A stretch of 64,000 nucleotides of DNA from Neocallimastix sp. 'constans'. Lineage: Eukaryota. The DNA lies in NCBI GenBank assembly GCA_050613775.1, contig JBODTK010000011.1:1178001-1242000 (forward strand), given 5' to 3'. This document shows, piece by piece, positions 39,709-52,266 of this stretch (position 1 is the stretch's first letter; each line of letters begins with the position of its first letter). The position numbers and the translations under genes are program-made. The notes beneath the pieces are model-generated. The model saw only the letters and a list, made by a program, of their open reading frames with translations, was not told where the DNA came from and did not search any database.

Positions 39709-41097
39709 ATTGTAAAAGGTCGGTTTATTATTAACTAAAATAACGAATAACAATTAATTTAAAGGCTAAGATAATTTAACACCTCTCTATTCGAGTTATT
39801 AAAATAAACACTAAAATTAATTATAATTATCTTTTTGAAATACTTAAGAATATAGCGCAGCACTTTTAACTCTATTCGTTATTAGTTACTGGGCTTATAC
39901 TAAGATATTTTATTTATTTTAATAATTAATTTTTATTTATTAATATTAATATTTATTTATAACAATTTACATTAATAGTAACGCTAGTGCGTTACAGTTA
40001 CAAGTACTGTTATTTTTATACATGCAAATAATTTAAATATTGGTAAAATACTTTAAATTAACATAATTTACTAATCTATTAATAAAACAAATTATAACTA
40101 TATAACTATTAATATAATAACTATAAAAATAATAAAATTTAACGTACGAAATTGAAATAAAGATTTTATTTGATTAGCTGTAATTGCTAACTGTTTATAG
40201 ATACATTACGTAACTAGAGAACTATCATTGGATAGGCTTAATGTTACCATGTATCTGTTACATTTATTTTATGTTACGATACAAATAATATATAAAAAAT
40301 AAGTAAAATTAAATAAACTATTAAGAATAATTAATAAATAAATAATAATAAAATATTAAAGTATTAAAATATATAATGAAATTAAAAAGTGTATAAATAA
40401 CTAAATTATTTAAAATAATGTATTAATTGTATTTATTTAATATTGTAATAGTAAACAATTAGATATTTTATTATAAATAATTAAAATTATATTTATTATT
40501 ATTTTATGTTTTTATTATAAAATTTTTATTATACTTTATTATATTTTTATTATTATCTTATATTAAATATTATATCAAAATTATATTTTATTACATTTTA
40601 TTATTATAATATTATTAATTTTTGTTATTATATTTTATATTTCTATTTTTACTCCAATCAAATAAATGTTTTAAATATATAAAAAGAACAAAGTAACACA
40701 ATACTTTAGTTCTTCCTCTTCTTTCAATTTTATTTTTATACTATTCTTTTAATTTTTCTAGAATGAATTATTAAATATTTTTAATTAGTATAATTAAATA
40801 ATTAAATAAATAAATAAAACTAAATTATTCTCTTATTAAATTGATTAGTTTTTTTTTTTTTTTTTTTTTTTTTTGTGTTTTTATTACGGTTAAGAATAAA
40901 AATAATTTTTGTTTGTTTTAAGATATTCAGATTGTTAGGTAAATTAGTTATATTTTAGAGATAAATTTATTAAATTATTTAAATTATTTACATTAGAATA
41001 GTTAATATAATATTTATTTTTGTTAAAGGAAAATTAAATTTTACTTATTAGAATATATTATTTTTTTATATTATTTTCAATTCTGTACCATAAATCT

Positions 41098-41115
41098 TGG
41101 CGAGCTATGCAGGAC
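41098..41115 (+). promoter_or_regulatory. tRNA primer binding site, probably tRNA-Arg
   Basis: tggcgagctatgcaggac is the complement of a tRNA-like 3' end gtcctgcatagctcgCCA, 7 nt after the LTR end; tRNA identity is from recall, not a search. Confidence 0.7.
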
Positions 41116-42175
41116 ATGAAGATAAAAAAAATAATATGAAAATAATGATTAAAAATATTAGATAGATAATAAAGTTGTAAAAAAAAAAAAAATTATCCAA
41201 TAGAATAGTTAAAAAATTACAAAAATTAGCCAATAGAATAGTTTGAAAATTAAAAAAAAAAAAATTGGATTATAAATTAAAGTTGGAAATTTTATTAATA
41301 AAATTATTGATAATATTAAAAAAAAAAATAGTAATAAATTATTGAAAAATAATTAGTGGGTAAATAGAGAATTAAATAATTAAAGTAATAAATTATTGTA
41401 AATTTGGATATTGGGAATTTTAAATTTTTATAATTAAATTTAAAATAAATAGTATTTAGTAATAAAATAAAATTATTTTATACTAATAAAAAGAATATTT
41501 ATTATTTTCATTCAAAAGAAAAATTAAAACCAAAAATTATAAAGATTTATATACAGTGTATAAACTGGTTGAAAATTTATTGGTAAAGAATTAGGGTGAT
41601 TCCAATTTTTACTAATTAAGGTTTTTAATCGATCTTGTAAGTGCGTGAATACGTCCCAAAGTAATACTATACTCCCCACGGCACTTTCCGTAGTTTATCA
41701 ACTATCCGAGTGTTGACAGGGTTTTTGAACAAGATCGAGCACTGGAACAATAATGAACTTATATCACCGAAGGTATAAGGTCCACTTTACAAACCTTTAT
41801 AAGAATATAAAAATAAAGTTTTATTATCAATACAGCGAAATAATTAATTCAATAAATAAATAAAATTTTTTTATTCACACAATTTTAATTAATTCAATTT
41901 CTATTTATTCAATTTCACTTCATTATCAGTTTAATTTAAAAATAATCATAATTCTAAAATTAAATTTTTAACAAAGAAATTTTCACTTTATATTATTCAA
42001 AAAAAAAAAATTATCAATACTTCTAATTATTCATCCATTAAAAAATTAATTCAATAAATTCAAGCAAAATAATAAAAAAATATATATATGAAATAAAAAT
42101 ATAATCTTATAATTAACAAAACAATAAAACTTATTCTTTATCAATCCATCCATTAATATATTCAATCTTATTAAA

Positions 42176-42991
42176 ATGAAAATATTACAACTAGAAAATT
42201 TGCTTCCCCATCTTAATGGATATGATAGAGATATTGATTCTTGGTGTGACGAATTCACAAGAATCATGTCTTTAGCCAATATCACCAATCCAATGAGTAT
42301 GCACTCCTGGGCAATGGAGTGTGTTGAAGAAAAATTAAGGGGAATACAAGATTTATATATAATTGAAGATGGTTTTCACAATTATCCAACAATTCAAGAA
42401 ATTAAGGACGCAATTGAGAAGGTTTTGGAAATAACACCACAAGAAAAATGCAAACGACTTCAAAAATTAAGAATCCAGAAAGGAGAAAGCATAAAATATT
42501 TTAATTGGAGATATAAAAAAATGTATAATAATCTCCCAAAGTTTTATTAAACATTTATCACAGTAGAAGATTATGAGAATTCAATTATTTATAGACCCTA
42601 CGCAAGATCTCAAGTTATTACATAAAGATTTTTGGATTTAGAAGATGCATTTGAAGAAGCTGAACTTGCCGAAAGAGCTGAAGAAAGAAGAAATAACAAT
42701 AATGTAGTTATAATGACAACATTATATAATAATCATCCATTTTATTACAACAATAATAATTACACAGTTAATCCTTACAGACAAACCAAAACAATAAATT
42801 ATAATTCCACAAGAAAAGAATCAAACTTTTCTAATAATAATAATATTAATGAACCAAAATCAACTTATAATAATCAAAAAACTTGCTATAGATGTGGTCA
42901 AAAGGGTCATTATTACAATCATTGTCCTTACTCTTTTAAACAACTTGCAGAAATGGAAGAAAAGAATAGTAATGAATCTTTAAACTTTTAA
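42176..42991 (+). pseudogene. gag of element E with an in-frame stop at about 42548
   Basis: Two in-frame ORFs; CYRCGQKGHYYNHC knuckle; ends at a TTTAAAC heptamer (42979-42985). Confidence 0.88.
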
Positions 42992-45900
42992 ATGGAAGAA
43001 GGAAAACTTCCAATAATCAAACCAAAAATGAAGTTATTGCTGTTGCCATAAGAAACAATGAGAAAACAAATATAGAAAAGCCTTATAGTAAATCTAAAAC
43101 AAAAACAAATAAAACTATTAATACCAAGAATAATCATAATAATGAAGTTGAAAAAATGAAATTAGAAAATGATGAATTACAAACAAATGAAAACAATTGT
43201 AAAGAGTTTAGAAGAAACAGATTACAAATAATAAAATACACAAAACAGTTTAAAACACGTAAAAAAAAATTCTTTTTTTTAATAAATAATCTTTTATTAA
43301 TTTTAAAAATAAATCTCTTATTTTTATTAACTAGTTAATAGTCAATAACTAATACATCGATTTAAATGAATGAATTTTACATGTATTTATATTTTTTCAT
43401 GATTACAATTTAATATATTTAACCTATTAATATACATATATTACTATTTATTTATAAACAAAATATTTATTAATAATTTTATTAAATAATAATTAACTAA
43501 AACTAAACAATAATTAATTTAATAAACTTTCAATTTATTTACAATAATAATTAAATTCAATAGCAACTCATTTATTATATATTTATTATATAAATATTAT
43601 TAATACTAATGTTTATATATTTACAATTCAAAACTATTTTTATAAACTATTTAAACTAATTTTAACTATTTAAAACTATTCCGAAATTAATTTTAAAGAA
43701 TTTTAAACTAACTAAACTAAGTTAAATAGAATAACTAAACTAAATTAACTAACTTAAATAAATTATTTAAATTAAATTTATTAACCAAAATTATTTAAAT
43801 AATAATTTATCCTTTATGAAAAATTTACATAAATTTATAATTAATTTTCATATATGTAAATCATAAATTTATGTAATTTTATTACATTAATTAATTATGT
43901 AATAATTAATTATTAAAGATTTTATTAAATTTTTACAACAATAATACTAATGCTAGTTTTGATATCGATAAAAACAATAGCAATAAAACTCAAACTGAGA
44001 ACGATATTTCAATTTTACCTATTACAACACGTTCGACTGAAACTGAAAGACTTAATGAAATTGACGTTTCAGTTTTAGCCCAACTATCTATCAACAAAGC
44101 GAAACAAAATGCTAAAAAACGAAAAAAAAAAAAAGAAATCATTGAAGAATCAGAAAATATTATTCAAGTAACTAATTTTAATAAACAAAATAAATTACCA
44201 AGTATACAATTAGAAGAAAGAAAAACTAAAAATAACAATACTGACAAAATATAAAAACACATTATGATAATGGATGGACAACCAAAATATGATATAACAA
44301 ATGATCTCAATAATAATTTTGCAAATATTGCATTTTCACAATTATTAGATATTAGTCCAAAATTATGAGCGGAATTTATAAAAGCATTGAGGCTAAAAAG
44401 CCCTGTAATAAATAAGGAAACTCCAGAAAAAATCATCTTATCAGTAATGGCTAGAGATGATGTAGCAACAACAGAATGTCGAATTAATAAAGTAAAAGGA
44501 ATCGCTTTTTTAGATACAGGTGCTAACATAAATTTAGTTACCAAACAATTCTTAAACAAGCTAGGAAAAATTAAACCAGTGGGATATGTAAAAAATAATA
44601 TTGTCCAAGTCTTATCAAAAGAAAATGTGTATACAGAGATATATTTATTAAATGTTAATATTGGAAAGTTAAATTTACACGATATTTTTAGAGTTATTGA
44701 TAGTAAACATAATTTATTTGATATTTTAATTGGTTATGGAACACTTAAAGATAATAATTTATTTATAAACCCAATAAATAATACTCTATGTCTTATGAAA
44801 GAAAATAATTTATATAAATGTTTAATAAAACTTGGAAAGGAAAATAATGAAAATGTTATTAACGATGATGAAGAAGTTGAATCAATTAACACAGATGATA
44901 AATCTAATTCGGATATTAATAACAATTCTTATTTATACTGCTTTATTAATGAGAATAAAGATGAAAACAATAATAAATTGTTAGAAAACCATAATGAAGA
45001 ATTAAATACTATAAATAATAATAATGATAATAAAATTAATAATAAAATTGATGGAGATGAAAATTAAAAGGCGAAATTACTACAAAACATTATAATTGAA
45101 ATTCCCAATAAAAAAATAAAATTATAAAACTATTAAAAGAATTTTCCACTATTTTTGCATCAAAAATTGAAGAACTTTAACCGACAAAATTATTACCACA
45201 CAGAATTCATTTAGAAAATAATGCCAAACCAATAAAACAACGATGTTATAGGCTTTCTAGGGTTCAAGCTAAAGCACTTAAAGTTGAATTAGAAAAACTT
45301 ATAAATAACAAGTTAATTGAACCTTCAAATTCTCCCTGGTCTTCTCCAGTTATATTAGTACTAAAAAAGAATAAGAAATGGAGATTGTGTGTGGACTTTA
45401 GGAAATTAAACACCGTCACAATAAAAGATGCCTATGCATTACCTTTAATCGATGAAATATTATTTTCAATTGGAATTGAGGTTAAAGTGTTCACTACAAT
45501 CGATTTATTTTCTGGTTTTCATCAGATTCCAATGTATAAAGACGATATACCTAAAACAAGTTTCACCACTATGTATGGCAATTACCAATTTCGAGTAATG
45601 TCTTTTTGATTATGTAATGCTCCCGGAACCTTCCAAAGGGAAATGAATAGGATATTTCTATCACTTATTGGAATTTGTATGTTTGTCTACGTTGATGATT
45701 TAGTTGTATTTTCTCCTTCTATTGAACAACATATAGAGGATCTCAATAAAGTATTCAACATCATTAAAGAAAATAACTTAAAAATTAATTTAGAAAAATG
45801 CAACTTCTTCAAAGAAAAAGTCAATTTATTAGGTTATACTTTATCAATTAATGGAATTTCCCCTATACAAGAAAAAATTCAGGTTATTTTAGAATGGATT

Positions 45901-46199
45901 CCACCAAGAAATATCACTCAATTACAATCCTTTATTGGTGCAGTCGGCTATTATCGAAAGTTTATATTCAACTTTGCTAATATTGCTAAACCATTGTTCA
46001 AATTATGTAAGAAAGGTGTTAAATTTATATGGGATAAAGAACAAGATGATAGTTTCAATGAATTAAAAATTAAGTTAGCTTCTGCTCCTATTTTAACTAT
46101 GCCTAATTTTGACAAACAATTTATTATCCGTACTGACGCTTCTTATGATGGTATTGGAGGTGTTCTCCTTCAAAAAAATGAAAATAACATTGAAAAATA
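42979..46199 (+). pseudogene. Fragmented pol of element E
   Basis: FLDTGA protease, CVDFRKLN, YVDD, IRTDAS; multiple stops and frameshifts; AT-rich insert at about 43250-43935. Confidence 0.88.
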
Positions 46200-46562
46200 T
46201 TCACTATTTTTTTTTTTTTTTGCACCTCAATTATTGCGAATTTTATGCATTATTTTATTATTTATTTTTTCTTTTTTTGAACTTAGACTTTAATAAATTT
46301 ATTTAATTTATAATAATAATAAAATTACGTGATTTAAATGAAAATGAAAAAAATAAAATATATGAAATAAAATATAATATATTATTATAATTATAAAAAG
46401 TGCGTTAGAAGCAATAGTTTCTAACTATTGCCCATTCTTCAATAAATAACACCACGTCCATTATTGCGAGTAATAATTTCATAAGTTATTCCTTTTCCGT
46501 CACCTGGGCAAACAGTTAACATCATTGGGGAGGTATAAAATTGTAAAATGAAACATTAACTA

Positions 46563-46684
<122 letters not shown>

Positions 46685-46747
46685 TATATATATATTATAT
46701 ATATATATAAACTATTATACTTTCTTTAATAAAAAGAATTAAAATAC

Positions 46748-46753
46748 AAAAAA
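46748..46753 (-). terminator. Pol III oligo-T terminator of the tRNA
   Basis: T6 run on the minus strand about 10 nt after the discriminator base. Confidence 0.65.
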
Positions 46754-46763
46754 TTACTTTCTT

Positions 46764-46845
46764 CGTCACCTGCAGGACTCGAACCTGCGCTCCCAAAGGG
46801 AAATGGCTTAGCAGGCCACCGCGTTAACCACTCCGCCAAAGTGAC
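46764..46845 (-). tRNA. tRNA-Ser(GCT)
   Basis: Cloverleaf: acceptor GTCACTT/AGGTGAC plus G, anticodon arm GTGGC-CTGCTAA-GCCAT, long variable arm TCCC-TTT-GGGA, T arm GCAGG-TTCGAGT-CCTGC; 82 nt. Confidence 0.97.
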
Positions 46846-46861
46846 TATCATAAATTCATTG

Positions 46862-47646
46862 TGTAAGAAATTGATATAAATTTTTATAATTTATTTCTAT
46901 TTCTTATTAATTAATAATTATTTCATAATTATTATTCTTTAAAAAAATTTATTTCATTTAAAAACAATTATACCAATTAATGTATTAATTGTTATATGAA
47001 AAAATGTATTTAATATAACTTCTGTATTATTTCATAGAAAAAATGTATTTAATAATTTCTGCATTATTTTATCCTTCTCTTTTTTATCCTTTTTCTTTTT
47101 AATTCTTTTAGTTATTAAAATCGGTTATTAAAGTTTTTCCGATTAATTATAATTGGTTTTATTTAATAACACGATGATCAATAAGTATAGATTATTGATC
47201 AAAAATCTTTCCAGTTTTTTCTTCTAATCTTTTTCTGGAAAGAATCATTGTTAAGATTAGAAAAATACATTTATTTTTGTAAAAATATAAATAGCTGTTG
47301 ATTTTCGTCTTTAGAAAATCAAGAGTTATTATTTTAAGAAAAATATAATAATAATAAAAGACATTAATATTCCAATTAATATAAAATAGTTATTTTAAAA
47401 TTTGTCAAAAAAATAATAAAATATTTAATAATAAAATAGATTAATAAAGTTCTTTTGATAAAAACATATTTTATTTCTCTTTCATTTAAGGTCTATTATA
47501 TTTTCTTATAATAAGCTCTAATTTTAAAGATAAGTATTAAATTCTTATTTTTATTTTAATTTTTATTTTAATTTTTTTTTAATCTTAATAGTTTAGTTAA
47601 TATTAATTATAAATAATAATCTCTATAATTTATAGAAATTATTACA
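46862..47646 (+). mobile_element. Solo LTR, family S, 16 bp upstream of the tRNA
   Basis: tgtaagaaat...attattaca with S motifs (gttaagattaga, caagagttattatt). Confidence 0.85.
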
Positions 47647-47649
47647 CTG

Positions 47650-48220
47650 TGATAAAGAATGAAAATTAAAAATTAAAAATAATTATAAAACGGAATTTAA
47701 AAATAATAAATAATTAAATTATAATAAAGTAATTAATTTTTAGATTATAAACATTTAAATTATAAAAATATTAAATATTTAAATAATACACAATTAATAA
47801 TAATTAGATTAAAATAATATAAAATAAACAATAATTGTTTATTTAATTATTTATTATTAATAGTTAATTTATTATTTATAAACAGAGTATAAATATAAAA
47901 ATTAATATAAATAGAAATAAAAATTAATAGTTTTAAAAATTGTTCCTAATTAGCCATTATAAAAATTAGATAATATTAATAATAATATTTTAAAATGATT
48001 ATTTTTAATAAATTATAATTTTAATAAAACAAAATGTATTAATGAATCAATAACTAATTGATTTACTTATTTTAAGTTACTCAATAAAATATTAAAATAA
48101 AATTAAAATTACTTTTATCCTTTTTTTTTAATTAACTAGTATATCTAGTTATATTTGAACATGAGAATAAAGACTTTTAGTAAGAAATTACTAAATTAAC
48201 TTTATTTTCAATCTGTATCA
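47650..48220 (+). mobile_element. Solo LTR with an F-like start and a G-like end
   Basis: tgataaagaatg...caatctgtatca. Confidence 0.6.
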
Positions 48221-48231
48221 TAAATTCTGTA

Positions 48232-49171
48232 TGTAATAATCATACTAAGTTCTATCACTAAATATGATTATTAACTTCAACTTAATGACTAATTCATTAA
48301 GTTGAGAAATAAAATAAAAATAAAAATTTTACCTAAAAACGAGTTTATTATAAAATTAATTATAATAACAACACAAAAAGTAAAAGAAGGAATATTTGAA
48401 TAAATTTGGTTTAAAAAATATGTTTTTGAATAAAATGTTTTATTAATTTATTAAAGTTTAAAATATAAAATTGTTATTATTATAACTATATTTTTATAAT
48501 AATAACTCTTGATTTCTTAAAGAGAAATCAAGAGCCCTTTTTATATTTTTTTATTAAATTAAGGTTAAATAAAAAGTTTTAAAAATTATCTTATCTAGAA
48601 AAAGATTAGAAGAAAAAACTAGATAAGTTTTGATCGATATTCTATTCATATAGATCATCGTATATATTAAGTAAAACCAAATATATTATTTTATATTTGG
48701 ATAAAACCTTAATATATCGATTTTCTAAATTTTAATTTAGATCATCAAATAAAATGAAAAATAAATAATAACCGGAATGATCTAAATTATTCTATTTTTC
48801 TAAATATTATTTTTAAAATCTAATCTAAACTTATTAACATAAAACTATCTTTAAAAAATACAGAAACTTATTAATTGTTCTTTTAAATGTACAATGTACA
48901 AAATAAATAAAACTAATGTTTACATTAACTTGATAATTAAATGAATAACTAAATAAAATTAATAATATTAATAAAAGAATATATAATAGTTATTTAAATA
49001 AATTTTTTAATATTATTTTAGTGTATGAATAATTATATTTTTAATAAATTTGATAATAATATTTCAATGTATGAATTAATTATAATTTAAATAAATTTAT
49101 AATTATTATCAATAATTATAAAGACTAAGAAATAGTAATTATTTATTAATAAATAATTATTATTTCTTACA
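48232..49171 (-). mobile_element. Solo LTR, family S (S1)
   Basis: Inverted homolog of 37747-38719; flanks ctgta / ctcta. Confidence 0.85.
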
Positions 49172-49176
49172 CTCTA

Positions 49177-50184
49177 TGTAATAGCTATACTAAAACTAAA
49201 ATTAATTAATATAACTATTATCTACAACTTTAATATTATTTTTACATAATATAAAAATTGAGAAAAAAAAATTAAAAAAAAATAAAAATTATACTTAATT
49301 ATGTGGAGTTTATTATAAGTAAATATAATAAACAATAACTCAGTAGGTAAATTAGTAGTTGGAAATATTTAAAAAAAGCTTTTATGATTAATAATATTTT
49401 TTTTTGATATATAAATTTAAAATTTATTTTATTTGTTATTATTTATTATATTTTCTTAAAATAATAACTCTTGATTTCTCAAAGAGAATTCAAGAGTCCT
49501 ATTTATATTTTTTAAAAAATTAATCGGTTAAATAAATTTATTTTCTAATCTTAACAAAAAATCTATTTAGGAAAAGATTAGAAGAAAAACCTAAATAGTT
49601 TTTCGATCAATATTCTAATCATATTGATCATCGTATAATTAAAGAAAACCTATTTGTTAGGAAAAACATTAATTACCGATTTTCTAATTAATTATAAAAT
49701 ATTAAATATTGATAGGATAGGAATTAATAAAAAAAAAGATTTTTTTTTTTTTTTTTTTATTTAAAAAATAAAGATTAAATAATATGATAGATTAGATACA
49801 TTTATAGTTTATAATACATTATAAAATACATAATTCATTTTAATTAAAATAACTAATATTTTTATGGTAAAATATTAAATACAAATTTACATAATTTTTT
49901 GTAAAAATTCTATTTAAATGAATAATAATAATAAGTAAATAAATTTTATATTATTTATATAAATGTATAAATTATAATATGCAAATAAATTTAAATCAAT
50001 ATATGAAAATATAACTATTAAATAAATTTATAAGTTAAAATCAATGAATATATTAATTATTATTTAAATAAATAATTATTTAAAAATAATTATTATTTTA
50101 TAAATAATTATAAATTATTAATTATTTTTCATTAATTATAAGAAATATTAATTATTCATTATTGAATAATTATGATTTCTTACA
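49177..50184 (-). mobile_element. Solo LTR, family S (S2)
   Basis: Inverted homolog of 38722-39708; flanks ctcta / ctgta. Confidence 0.85.
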
Positions 50185-50185
50185 C

Positions 50186-50741
50186 TGTAAAAGGTACGTT
50201 TATTATTAACTAAAATAACGAATAATAACTAAATCTAAAGGCTAAGATAACTTAACACCTCTCTATTCGAGTTGTTAATAATAAACACTAAATTAATTAA
50301 TTCAATAACTATTATTTCTTATTACACTAGAATATAGCGCAGCACTTTATAACTTTATTTGTTATCAGTTGCTGGGCTTACACTGAGTAATATATTTTAT
50401 TTAATAATAATATTTTACTTATTAATATTAATATTTTTATCAACAATTTACGTTAATAGTAACGCTAGTGCGTTACAGTTACAAGTTCAATTATTATTTA
50501 TACATGTCAATAATATTATGATTGGTAAATAATTTAATTTATCTTAGTTTACTAATCACTAAATAAAATATATTTAAATAAGTATTTAACTATATAATTA
50601 ATTATAAAATAATAAAATTTAATGTACGAAATTAACAAAAGATTTTATTTGATTAGCCAAAATTGCTAGCTGTTTAGAGATACGTTACGTAACCAAAGAG
50701 CTATCATTGGATAGGCTTGAAGTTACCATGTATCTGTTACA
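50186..50741 (+). mobile_element. Short family K LTR
   Basis: Matches 39711-40262; ends tgttaca. Confidence 0.8.
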
Positions 50742-50751
50742 AATTCCTTTG

Positions 50752-51941
50752 TGTAAGAATCTATAATTATTTTTAACAAAATAATTATATTTTCTTAGTT
50801 TGTTAAAATTAAGATATAAAATAGTTTATGATTAATAACGTTACTAGGTTAATATGTTGAATTATATATTAATAGTCCAACAATAATTAATTAATAATAA
50901 TATAATTAAAATAATATAAGATAAATAGTTAAGTTATTTAAACACTTAATATCTAAGAATATTTTTAAATAATAATTTCTTTGAAGGATTTATGAAAATA
51001 TTTATTTATTGAATTATTAGTATATAATTATTGCAAACACAATAACCTTACAAAGAACATAAAAGATAGATTTTTACATCTTTCTTTTATACTTTGTAAG
51101 TTACATAATAATAGTATTTAATTTTAAGATATTAATAATATAGTAAAATGAATATTAATAAAATATTAAAATAATAACAATATCGATATGTTTAAAATAT
51201 TTAATATAATTAAATAAATTTAATTTGTATAATTAATTTGAATAATTAAATATAGTAATTAATATATATGATATAAACATATATATAAACATAATATAAA
51301 TAAATACATGTGACGTCATATGTAAATAATTGAAATTATTAATATAAATCTTATTTATTAATATTTTCAGAATTATTAGGCCTAAGATAATTCTTTAAAT
51401 ATTAAATAAGAATTTATATTAATTATTAATTAAATGTATATTGAAATGTGAATAACTGAAATTGAGATTTCAAATCAGTTATAATTTCAACATTGTTAGG
51501 TTATAATTAATATAACTTTTATTTAACTCATATTTCATTTATACACCTAATTATAATTAATAATTTATTTAATTATATATTAAAATTTTATTTAGTTTAA
51601 TATTAAAAATTTATTTAATCAAATAATTTTTATACATTTAAAATAATATTAAATTTATTTAATTATTCACTTAATTATTAAATTTATTAGTTTTAGTTTT
51701 CTCTCACTTATTAAATCATAAACTAAAACACTATTCTGTATTCTATCATGTATTCCGTATTGTATTAATCATGTATTTTATTATTAATGTATTGTTTTAT
51801 ATTTTTTATATTGAAAAATATTTTATTTTATTAAAAACCTTTATATTAGAATAGTATTTTTATTTTTATTTGAATATTTTAACAGATTGTAATAAAAATT
51901 ATAGCCAATTAAATAAATTCTTATTAGTAATATTTTAGATA

Positions 51942-51981
<40 letters not shown>

Positions 51982-52266
51982 ATTAATATTATAAATGTAT
52001 TTTATTTATATTGTTATAATTAAATTTTATATAACTGATTATAAAATTCAATTTAAATTTAGTAGTTTTTTTTAAAAAAAAATAAATAAAATGTAATTTA
52101 GTGGCAAGAACAACTTTTATGCCTTGAAAAAAAAGTATAAATAGTTGTAAATTTTGCTACCAATTTTTAAAAATCATCAAATAAATTTATAAATAAAAAT
52201 AATAAATAAATAAATAAAATTTGTGTTTCTTACTTTATTTTTATTTAATTCTCTAAAACCTTAACA
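50752..52266 (+). mobile_element. Composite: 5' part of an element C-type LTR (interrupted by an N LTR) fused at about 51810 to the 3' half of an F LTR
   Basis: Near identity to about 17841-18200, then to the reverse complement of about 20190-20655. Confidence 0.8.
50801..51492 (-). mobile_element. Solo LTR, family N, nested in an S LTR
   Basis: tgttaa...ttcaaca; flanks tagtt / ttgtt; the host LTR resumes after it; related to 52322-52977. Confidence 0.85.

Larger units (their letters stand above)
39711..46199 (+). mobile_element. Element E: 3'-truncated, degenerate Gypsy element with family K 5' LTR (39711-41090)
   Basis: LTR, tRNA-type PBS, gag, then pol breaking off in RNase H; no integrase or 3' LTR. 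Confidence 0.9.

Noticed and set aside
46497..46507. cgtcacctg matching the tRNA 3' end (second tRNA or att-like site)
   Set aside because: Only 9 bp and no further tRNA structure
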